This document shows, one piece after another, positions 28,380 to 36,083 of a stretch of 36,083 nt of DNA; within the stretch, counting starts at the first letter, position 1, and every line of letters starts with the position of its first letter. The position numbers and the translations under genes are program-made. This DNA comes from Oligoflexales bacterium (GTDB taxonomy: Bacteria; Bdellovibrionota_B; Oligoflexia; Oligoflexales; Bog-1112). The notes under the pieces are model-generated. The model did not search any database, was not told the DNA's origin, and was given only the letters and a program-made list of their open reading frames with translations. The stretch lies in contig JBGCEP010000017.1 in assembly GCA_045106415.1 (NCBI GenBank), positions 1 to 36,083 on the forward strand. The letters are read 5' to 3'.

Positions 28380-28962
28380 GAGGCCGCTTTTTTCTTAAGG
28401 TGGCGGCGTCTTCCATAATGACGAACAAAGAATACTGTCATCAAAGTGATGACATCCTAAGCAAGATCTTGTTCAAGTGACATTTCCATAGACTCGTCTA
28501 ACAGAATGACTTCTGTTCCAAAAGACTCACATATCTTAAAAATAAGCTCACTTCCAAAGCGCAGAAGACGGTCTTTATATGTCAAAGTTAAAGACTCAAC
28601 CTGTCCACTTAAAACCATTCTGATCACTTTTTGAAGGCCTTTTTTCTTATCATTAAGGCCTTCAAAAAGTCAGGCACAACTTTATAAGATGGCGATTCGT
28701 TTGTGCTTAAGTGTGTTTCTAGTCGATTCGCTTGCCTAACACCTGCTGCTGATCTGATGAATGACGCGGGCATATCCAAGGTGAATTCTTTTTAAAGACC
28801 GTTGTTTCTTACCAAAAAATTTTTATTTGGATCATCATACCTGCGGTGACTACCTGGTGTTTTTTATGATGATTCTAAGGTTTTTTCTTTACCCCATCTG
28901 TGAAGAGTTGAGATAGCGAGGCCTAAAAGAAGAGCTGTTTCGCCAATAGATATAAAACGCAT
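28376..28962 (-). pseudogene. tnpA: IS607 TnpA (MerR-type HTH + serine recombinase) pseudogene
   Basis: MRFISIGETALLLGLAISTLHRW..TPGSHRRY; GYA; KKGLQKVI..TYKDRLLRFGSEL..DVITLMTVF..YGRR; stops and frameshifts; ATGA overlap with tnpB. Confidence 0.85.
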
Positions 28963-29057
28963 CACTTCCCCAACCAAAAAACCTGATAATTTCATACGTC
29001 TATCCAGTCTTGTCAGCAACAGAAATCATAAGATTTTTACTGTGCTGCTGTCAGCCC

Positions 29058-30209
29058 TTATTGATCTATTTGAGTTTGAGTCCACTCCAGTTCAGCACTC
29101 AGACCTTTTAAAGCCGTAAGGAGAGAGTTCACCTGAAGAAATAAACCTGATGTACGCCCACACACTGAAGAAACACCACTATTTCGCTCTGAAACAAGAG
29201 GTTCTTCTTTTTGGGTTGTTAGTTTTAGAAGAGCAACACTTACGGAAAGGCCTCCTAAAAGGAGAATACTTTCTTCTTTGTGGGCTTTAATCCATTTTTT
29301 TAATTTCGACCAACGCGTAACGTCACTCTTATTTGGTGCTTCATCCTGAAGCATCTTATCTTTTGAGTTGATATGAGAATTCACACGAGAAGCCTCTAGT
29401 TTTGAGGTTTCTTTCATTCCATTATTCTTATTTTTTACATCAACCTTCGTGAACGAATGAAGCTGAAGTTGTGACGAATTAATGCTTTCAAGATGTTCTT
29501 TAGCTGCTGATTCAGCAAGCACTCCTGATGGCAAAGCAAGAAGCTCTGAGAAGATTTGTTTTTGCTCAACAGAATATTCGCAATGTTCTTCATAGATTTG
29601 CAGTTCAGCCAGCAATTCTTTCAAAGACAAGCCAAAACTGTGAAGACGAGTCATTAAGACTTGTTTTTTATAAAAAAGATCTTTTTTTGTTGTTTGCCCA
29701 AGATTCGGAGCTTGAAAAGACTTAGATAAAACAGGGCCACAAGTGCTGTGCCCCTGACTATCCTCACTGCAAATCCACGCTTGCACAAAAAGTGTTCCTT
29801 CTGGGATAAGACCAATAGCGAAAGAACGATGAAAACTTTTTCCACTCAGACAAAGGCTCTCGTCTGTCACTTCTTCTTGAGGACACAGGTGATATGCTAA
29901 ATAGTCGCCTCGCTCCCACTCTGTATGAATATAACTTTCTTGGCCAGGTCCTTGACCCCACTCAATAGACAAGGAGCTCACCGTATATGGAGCTGTTCCT
30001 TCTGGCGGCAGAGGCCTCACCATTGCTTTTTCATCATAACTCCCAGATGAAAGATTCTCTTTAGGTTGCCCTTCTACCTCACCGCTCGATTTCTCAACAT
30101 TAGAAGCTTTATCCACAAAAGGTTGTGAACCTTGTTCAGAACTCTGATTTTTACAAGAAGAGACAAGCCATGAAGAAAAACAAATAAAGTATAAAAAATA
30201 TTTCAGCAT
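29058..30209 (-). CDS. Hypothetical lipoprotein, Cys-patterned, helical with hydrophobic segment (paralog of 13759..14874)
   Basis: Lipobox VSSC; six aligned Cys; GG..V..A...TQKEE motif shared with the paralog. Confidence 0.8.
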   Translation of the reverse strand: MLKYFLYFICFSSWLVSSCKNQSSEQGSQPFVDKASNVEKSSGEVEGQPKENLSSGSYDEKAMVRPLPPEGTAPYTVSSLSIEWGQGPGQESYIHTEWERGDYLAYHLCPQEEVTDESLCLSGKSFHRSFAIGLIPEGTLFVQAWICSEDSQGHSTCGPVLSKSFQAPNLGQTTKKDLFYKKQVLMTRLHSFGLSLKELLAELQIYEEHCEYSVEQKQIFSELLALPSGVLAESAAKEHLESINSSQLQLHSFTKVDVKNKNNGMKETSKLEASRVNSHINSKDKMLQDEAPNKSDVTRWSKLKKWIKAHKEESILLLGGLSVSVALLKLTTQKEEPLVSERNSGVSSVCGRTSGLFLQVNSLLTALKGLSAELEWTQTQIDQ

Positions 30210-30399
30210 ATTAAACTCTAAAGTGAGAAAGCCTCAATCACCAAATCTAAAAAAATTCAAACACAAGACATGGAAACTTCATTCATCATACCACTAATGG
30301 CAACAAAAAAATTCTGACTATTTTTTATTCAATGAAAACCTCATTCTAAAAATCCAGCCCCTCATATGGAAGCTCTATTTCTCAGAAAGAAAAAGATTT

Positions 30400-31755
30400 T
30401 CAATCCTCTGAATTCTTTTTTAAGAAGATCCTTAAAAGACCGAAAAAAGATAATGAAAGACCTCCAAAAAGAATAGGGATATCATTCCACAAAAGAAAAA
30501 CATGACAAACAAACATTAGAGCAACACCACAAGAACCCATAATCACTAGAAAGAAAAAATCATTATCATTTAAAACCTGAGGTTTCCACCAAGCCATCAC
30601 CATAGGAAAAAGAAGAGCACCTGTATTTAAAGAGCCAATGATTTTCCATACCTTTAAAATAGAACCATCAAAACATGATGCCATCACAACAGAACATAAG
30701 GCACTCAAAAAAACAGCTACACGGTGTGAGAGATTTTTAAAAGGACATAAATACCTTTTCAAAGTATCAGCTGTGATCAACAGATTTGAGTCCAAAGTCG
30801 ATAAAATCGTTGAAAAAATTCCTGCTAAGAAAAAACCTCTGAAACCATTAGGAAGAATCATAAGGCTGTATTCAAGATAAGCTGTATTTGGTAAAGAATC
30901 TGGAAGAATGGCCCTTGCATACATTCCACCAAGACACGTACATAGATCAAAAAAGCACCAAATCACAATAGAAATTAAAACTCCTTTTTTAGCTACCACA
31001 GGATTTTTAGCTGCAAGGCACCTCTGATAAAAACCTGGGTTCACAAGTGTCGCCATCGCCAGCATCAACCAAACAAACATCTCTGAAAAACTTTGATTTG
31101 AAGACACCTGCCAATGCTCAATTGGGAGTTCTTGTACGAGAAAACTGATCGGATTTCTTTTAAGAGAAAAAACCAACACTAAAAGTACAGAAAAAATCAT
31201 GACAAGAAATTGAACAAAATCAGAGTAAACAATAGCGCGAAAACCACCATACATCGCATAAAAAGCAACAAACAAAGCCCCACATATCATACCCAAACTA
31301 TACGGAACCTCGAATAACGTTTTCAGAAAAAACCCACAGCTCATCACATACGAAATAGGTAACATATCAAAGCAGTTCACAACCGCAATAAGACGCGCTG
31401 ATTTTTTTCCATACCGGTTTTCTACAAAATCAGGAAGACTTAAAGCCTCAGATGTACGAACGCGTTCAGCTAACAAAAGAGCGAAAGTTAAATATGCTAA
31501 ATACCAGAACACACCTTGTGTGAAAAAGCCATAAATACCATAACGAAAAACAACTTCTGTGACTCCAAAAATTCCCCCATACCAAGTTGCGACAAGGGTT
31601 GCTACAAAAAGAGGTAGGCTTAACTGCCGGCCCATTAAAAAATGCTCAAGAACATCCTCCTGGTGTTTCCCCTTCCGCCCTATCAGAGTGACCGCAAAAG
31701 TCAAAGAAAGAATGAAAAAAAATACAAAAAAATCAATACGACTTAAAGCACTCAC
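30400..31755 (-). CDS. Sodium:solute symporter family protein
   Basis: MGRQLSLPLFVATLVATWYGG, GGFRAIVYSDFVQ, YQRCLAAK and ILSTLDS motifs; about 13 TM. Confidence 0.9.
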   Translation of the reverse strand: MSALSRIDFFVFFFILSLTFAVTLIGRKGKHQEDVLEHFLMGRQLSLPLFVATLVATWYGGIFGVTEVVFRYGIYGFFTQGVFWYLAYLTFALLLAERVRTSEALSLPDFVENRYGKKSARLIAVVNCFDMLPISYVMSCGFFLKTLFEVPYSLGMICGALFVAFYAMYGGFRAIVYSDFVQFLVMIFSVLLVLVFSLKRNPISFLVQELPIEHWQVSSNQSFSEMFVWLMLAMATLVNPGFYQRCLAAKNPVVAKKGVLISIVIWCFFDLCTCLGGMYARAILPDSLPNTAYLEYSLMILPNGFRGFFLAGIFSTILSTLDSNLLITADTLKRYLCPFKNLSHRVAVFLSALCSVVMASCFDGSILKVWKIIGSLNTGALLFPMVMAWWKPQVLNDNDFFFLVIMGSCGVALMFVCHVFLLWNDIPILFGGLSLSFFGLLRIFLKKNSED

Positions 31756-31940
31756 TACTTATCCCCAGGTATAAAAACTTAGGCTGCATCATGTAAAAAA
31801 ACTATCCTACTAAAAACCTTTAGGTTTTAACTCATACACACGAAATAGGCTCACACACGAGTTTGGGAAACTTTTCGCTAAAAACCCAAAATCACTATAT
31901 ACGCAAGTACTTAAAAAAAAAGAAAAAAATCATGATTTTG

Positions 31941-31970
31941 TTGACAACGGACGAAGCAGATGAGTATCTA
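31941..31970 (+). promoter_or_regulatory. Possible sigma70 promoter
   Basis: TTGACA-N18-TATCTA upstream of the MFS gene. Confidence 0.35.
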
Positions 31971-32044
31971 AAGAGTCCAGCCTTTGTATTGCAGAGAAGC
32001 ACTATGATACTTAGGAATGTGTAACAGCCCATAGGAGTCCGGGT

Positions 32045-33775
32045 TTGGGGATATTAAACCTCTTGAAACACCGCAAATTTGCACCATTTTTTTGGACACA
32101 ATTTTGGGGAGCTTTCAACGACAATGTCTACAAAAATGCCCTTCTCATCATGTTTGCTGTTCGAGCAGCCTCGGAAGAACGCTCAGGTGAGCTTATTAGC
32201 ATCGCCGGCGGCCTCTTTATTCTTCCTTTCGTATTGTTCTCCGGAATCGCTGGGCAAATTGCAGATCAATTTCCCAAAGTTCAACTTATTCGCATCACCA
32301 AAGCAGCTGAAGTTTTTGTCATGGGGTGTGCAGTCTTAGGCTTTCTGCTTCAATGGGAGCCTCTGCTTTTATTAGTCCTCTTTCTCATGGGACTTCAGTC
32401 CACGTTCTTTGGCCCTGTCAAATACAGTATTCTCCCTGAACAATTTGAAGAAAAAGAGCTTGTTGCGGCAAACGCCATGATTGAAATGGGCACCTTTCTT
32501 GCCATTTTAACCGGAACAACACTGGGTGGTGCTGTGGCCTCTAATGTGAATTATGCTTGCGTTGCTGTTATGACTGTCGCTTTATTTGGACTTTTGACAT
32601 CATTTCTCATTCCTAATGAAAAAACACCTTTTCAACGCCTCGATATCGATTTCCACCCGATAAGGCAGTTTCAATCTCTCTACCATGCCGCACGACAAAA
32701 CCAATCAACATACCTATCCATCATTGCAATTTCTTGGTTTTGGTTTGTTGGTGCCGTCATACTGTCACAGCTACCAACATTCGTAAAATTTGTCCTCGGA
32801 GGTGATGAGACAGTCATGACTCTCACTATGACTTGGTTTACGATGAGCTTAGCACTTGGAGCTATCCTTAGTAGCCACCTCTCAAAAGACGGTATTGAGC
32901 CTGCTCTTGTTATTCTTGGAGCATTTGGGTTGACGGTACCTCTGATTGATTTATGGGTTTGCAGTTATCCGTACCAAGGCACTGAACTTTTAAACATCAC
33001 TCGTGTTCTACAGTCACGAGACAGCTTTTTTCTAGCGAGAATTACCACCGATATTCTTGCTTTAGGGATCTGCGGTAGTCTTTATATTATTCCCCTCTAT
33101 GCCATGCTGCAGCAAAGATCAAGCCCAGGATCCTGTTCTCGAGTGGTCGCAGCTAACAATGTCATAAACTCTTTATTCATGGTAATTTCTTCTATTTCTG
33201 TCGGTTTTTTCTACGGTCAGGGGCTCGGGACTGCAAGTGTTTTTGGCCTTGTGGGCATCCTTAATATGATCTTCAACCTTGGCCTACTTTACATTATGCC
33301 TGAGTTTTTATATCGACTTCTCTTCTGGTTTAAAGGCTGGAGGGGTTGGACAGCCGACATACAAGGTGGAGACGTCCCCCGCTATGGTCCCGTTGTCATC
33401 TTATCTGAACTTCAGACAAATACTGAGTACTCTATTCTCCTCAAGAGCTGTCAACGTTCTATTCCTTTAGTACTGAAACCATCCCAAGAGTCTCGCCTAC
33501 GTTTCCCTGGGAGAACTCGCACACTTTCTTATAAATATGACGCTCTCGCGCTTATCCATAAATCATTGCGAGAAAACGAAGCGATTTGCCTTCTCTGCCA
33601 CAATTTAACCTCAGCAGAAAAAGAAGAGATGAATCGAATACTGCGCATGGCACACCGTATGGGTGCAACCGTTGCCAAAGCTCATTTTGCATCAGGAGCA
33701 ACACCTCTATCACCCAAGACATCACAAGTTTGGACGTGTATCGCACATACAGATGAACAAAACTCTCAAGCTTGA
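32045..33775 (+). CDS. LplT-like MFS transporter fused to a degenerate PlsC-like acyltransferase domain
   Basis: FAPFFWTQFWGAFNDN, FILPF.LFS..AG, FFGPVKYSILP, RVVAANNVIN motifs; C-terminal VPRYGPVVIL lacks HxxxxD. Confidence 0.85.
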   Translation: MGILNLLKHRKFAPFFWTQFWGAFNDNVYKNALLIMFAVRAASEERSGELISIAGGLFILPFVLFSGIAGQIADQFPKVQLIRITKAAEVFVMGCAVLGFLLQWEPLLLLVLFLMGLQSTFFGPVKYSILPEQFEEKELVAANAMIEMGTFLAILTGTTLGGAVASNVNYACVAVMTVALFGLLTSFLIPNEKTPFQRLDIDFHPIRQFQSLYHAARQNQSTYLSIIAISWFWFVGAVILSQLPTFVKFVLGGDETVMTLTMTWFTMSLALGAILSSHLSKDGIEPALVILGAFGLTVPLIDLWVCSYPYQGTELLNITRVLQSRDSFFLARITTDILALGICGSLYIIPLYAMLQQRSSPGSCSRVVAANNVINSLFMVISSISVGFFYGQGLGTASVFGLVGILNMIFNLGLLYIMPEFLYRLLFWFKGWRGWTADIQGGDVPRYGPVVILSELQTNTEYSILLKSCQRSIPLVLKPSQESRLRFPGRTRTLSYKYDALALIHKSLRENEAICLLCHNLTSAEKEEMNRILRMAHRMGATVAKAHFASGATPLSPKTSQVWTCIAHTDEQNSQA

Positions 33776-33782
33776 TTTACAA

Positions 33783-35555
33783 TTAAGGTGCAAAGAAAGC
33801 TTCCATCTCTTCCCAAACTTTTTGTTTTGCCTTTAAAGAAAACCCATGCCCCTCTTGTTCGAACGGCAGAAACCTCACTTTTTCAGAATCTATACGACTT
33901 GCGAGATTTTCTGAGTGTGTAAACGGAATTGCTTGATCATCAAGACCGTGGCACAACAATAGCGGTTTTAAAATACGGTGTGCGTTAAAAATAGGAGATC
34001 GATCGTCCCACACAGCACGATCGCCCACTAAAAAGTGATTATATGATTTTTCAAAACGGTGCGTCTGCTCTTCAAGCTGAGAAAGATCCGAAACAGGGTA
34101 AAGAGCCACACCACCAGCCCATAAATCAGGCTCAGCAATCATAGCTTGGAGAACTGTCCACCCTCCTGCGCTTCCTCCAAAAAGATAAATTTGATCTGGG
34201 TCTGCTATTCCTTCTTGAACAGCATAACGAGCAGCAGAGCACACATCTTCCACGTCAACACACCCCCATTGTTCTCGAAGCGTGTCTTGATAGAAACGTC
34301 CATAACCGCTACTCCCTCGATGGTTCACGCTCAACCAGTGCCAACCCTTGAGATTCCAAAAAGAAGCGTCTGGACGCCAACTCTGAGTTTCACATGAAGT
34401 TGGCCCTCCATGTATGTGGATCCACAGTGGAGCCTTTGTCTTACTCTTAGACTTTCTCAGGACTCCAAACACTTGAGTTTTCGCACCCGGAAGAGTCCAG
34501 GATAAGCTCTCAATACAAAGTTCTTCCCTAGGGAACACTCCATCTCCACCAACTCTAGCTGTGTCACATACTTTCCAATCGGTTGTTTCCACACCCTTAG
34601 CTGTATGCTTTTCAATAATTTTCCCTGGGTGATCCCACTTTTGGCCACTAAGAAAAACTTTACCATCAGCTCCTGACACACCGTCCACAACAGTAAAGTG
34701 CTCTAAAATATTTTGATCCTCAAAAAAAGGATTATTCAAGAAGTTTTTCAAACATCCAAATTTTTCGATTCCATTCTGAGAATAAATAAACCCTACTTCT
34801 GAGTCAGACGTTTGTGCCCAAGGAGAAGAACCACAAATCCAGTCTGGCCGATAAACCTCACCTTCAACAAAAGACAACTGTTGTGTTTGTTGTGTCTCTA
34901 AAGAGTACCTCCACAACTGCCGGCTCCCTAATTCATCTGAAGTATAAATAATCGAAGACCCATCTTTCGAAAAACCAGGATAGCTTAAGCTTGCACCCTC
35001 TGCCTTTAAACATTGCAAACCATTCTCAGTTTCAAAAACGAGGTGAGACTCTTCCCACGGCATCACACCTTCATTCCATTCACACCAAACTGTTTTTTCA
35101 TCGTGACACGAAGCATTCCAGGCAAACCAACTACGAGCGGACAAACATCGAAGATCCCCCCCTTGTTCAGACCACATCCACACTTGGCATAAACCATTTT
35201 TTTCCGCAGAAAAAACAATTTTTTTCCCGTCATTTGAAACCCAAGGCGCTCCTAAGCCCTCAAACCCTTCACATATTTTTTCTTGCTTTGCAGATGAAAC
35301 ATGGTGTTTCCACAACACCTTATTTCGATCACAAAACACGAGATGGTTTCCACAAGAAGAAACACTCCAACCTCGACCGCCATATCCTAAAGTCGTCTTT
35401 ACACCTTTTAAAATAGGCTCCACACACCCAGAATCTATGTCACGCAATACGATCCAATGCCCATCTTCTCCATATTTCTTTTGATAGAATAACCCTTTCG
35501 AGGTAAACATAGGATAAGAAAGAGAACAAGTTTGCATCCACTTTGGTGTATCCAT
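33783..35555 (-). CDS. S9 family (prolyl oligopeptidase/acylaminoacyl) peptidase
   Basis: HGGP, RGSSGYG, GGSAGG nucleophile, HGLDD and EGHGF motifs; N-terminal propeller. Confidence 0.93.
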   Translation of the reverse strand: MDTPKWMQTCSLSYPMFTSKGLFYQKKYGEDGHWIVLRDIDSGCVEPILKGVKTTLGYGGRGWSVSSCGNHLVFCDRNKVLWKHHVSSAKQEKICEGFEGLGAPWVSNDGKKIVFSAEKNGLCQVWMWSEQGGDLRCLSARSWFAWNASCHDEKTVWCEWNEGVMPWEESHLVFETENGLQCLKAEGASLSYPGFSKDGSSIIYTSDELGSRQLWRYSLETQQTQQLSFVEGEVYRPDWICGSSPWAQTSDSEVGFIYSQNGIEKFGCLKNFLNNPFFEDQNILEHFTVVDGVSGADGKVFLSGQKWDHPGKIIEKHTAKGVETTDWKVCDTARVGGDGVFPREELCIESLSWTLPGAKTQVFGVLRKSKSKTKAPLWIHIHGGPTSCETQSWRPDASFWNLKGWHWLSVNHRGSSGYGRFYQDTLREQWGCVDVEDVCSAARYAVQEGIADPDQIYLFGGSAGGWTVLQAMIAEPDLWAGGVALYPVSDLSQLEEQTHRFEKSYNHFLVGDRAVWDDRSPIFNAHRILKPLLLCHGLDDQAIPFTHSENLASRIDSEKVRFLPFEQEGHGFSLKAKQKVWEEMEAFFAP

Positions 35556-35561
35556 ATTTTT

Positions 35562-35924
35562 TTATCCTTGATGTAAAAAGACTTCAGAAATACTAACTCT
35601 AGCTCCTCGATTCAAACCATCAGGAAGCACTGGTTTTTCAATAGTTACACGCAAATGCTTCAACATTGAAAATGCAGCACACAGACCAACCCCCAATCGA
35701 TTGACTGCTGTTTCTAATAAATACACATCTTGATCTTTAAGAAGGTCATCCATAAGCGCAAATATATGACTATAATCAACAGTATCTTCAAGCTCAATAT
35801 GCTCGGGAAGCGTCGGAAGTTCAGCAACAATAGAGACTAAAACTTCTTGACCTTGCAACCGCTCTTGAGCGTAATGCCCGATTCTCACAAAAATAGGGTA
35901 TCGTTCAATTTCTAGAGTCGCCAT
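35562..35924 (-). CDS. folB: Dihydroneopterin aldolase
   Basis: IGHYAQER..Q, TVDY, LLET and IEKP motifs. Confidence 0.85.
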   Translation of the reverse strand: MATLEIERYPIFVRIGHYAQERLQGQEVLVSIVAELPTLPEHIELEDTVDYSHIFALMDDLLKDQDVYLLETAVNRLGVGLCAAFSMLKHLRVTIEKPVLPDGLNRGARVSISEVFLHQG

Positions 35925-35961
35925 TTTTTCCCCACCTTGAAAATCAGATAAATGCGAGCAT

Positions 35962-35990
35962 ATAGTGATATAGCGCTTTCACCTTGTCAA
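35962..35990 (-). promoter_or_regulatory. Possible sigma70 promoter of folB-peptidase
   Basis: TTGACA-N17-CACTAT. Confidence 0.4.
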
Positions 35991-36004
35991 TAGACACTCG
36001 TAGT

Positions 36005-36083
36005 AGAAGAAGAAGAAGAAGAAGAAGAAGAAGAAGAAGAAGAAGAAGAAGAAGAAGAAGAAGAAGAAGAAGAAGAAGAAGAA
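36005..36083. repeat. (GAA)n trinucleotide run at window edge
   Basis: About 26 perfect units running to the end; probably an assembly or host-read artefact. Confidence 0.9.

Larger units (their letters stand above)
27832..29057 (-). mobile_element. Degenerate IS607-family element (tnpA serine recombinase + tnpB)
   Basis: Left end GGGCTGACAG right after the TAA at 29058, with GCTGACA repeated; right end ...AGTAAATTCACAACAGCGG at 27832; GG at both junctions as expected for IS607. Confidence 0.75.

Noticed and set aside
27832..29057. IStron or active Cas12/TnpB system
   Set aside because: No group I intron core or room for one, no CRISPR array, and both ORFs are broken
31756..31880. TPP riboswitch upstream of the sodium:solute symporter
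   Set aside because: Only scattered fragments (TGAG, TGATGCAG, ATACC); the CTGAGA and ACCTGA cores and spacing do not fit; would need an Infernal search
36005..36083. (GAA)n as a poly-Glu/Ser coding tract or contingency locus
   Set aside because: It runs off the window end with no supporting ORF context; likely an artefact

Overview
A moderately AT-rich bacterial contig segment bounded by (AG)n and (GAA)n simple repeats that are probably assembly artefacts. The gene content (lpxD, fabH, htpG, ettA, folB, HD-GYP, many orphan lipoproteins, an RCC1/Ig-repeat surface protein, FliA/sigma28-type promoters) suggests a Gram-negative Bdellovibrionota/Oligoflexia-like organism; this taxonomy is inference only. 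The first 5.8 kb holds decayed IS elements (IS66 inserted into an IS630 remnant, an IS5/IS1182-like remnant abutting a dead IS4, and a 128-bp IS4-derived MITE) around a large RCC1-repeat lipoprotein. A degraded IS607 (tnpA-tnpB) with recognisable ends and an omegaRNA region lies at 27.8-29.06 kb. The most interesting unexplained signals are: (i) a dispersed family of Cys-patterned lipoproteins with a helical hairpin and hydrophobic tip (13.8-14.9 kb, 29.1-30.2 kb, possibly 20.2-21.8 kb) resembling membrane-inserting effectors; (ii) two paralogous ~70-80 aa cold-shock/OB-fold-like proteins, each behind a sigma28-type promoter, within a local set of about five such promoters; (iii) a translationally coupled operon of two beta-barrels, a sorted matrixin protease and a lipoprotein; (iv) normally cytosolic enzymes (nicotinamidase, HNMT-like SAM methyltransferase) carrying signal peptides. 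No rRNA, tRNA or CRISPR array was seen. All family assignments are by motif recognition; no searches were run.
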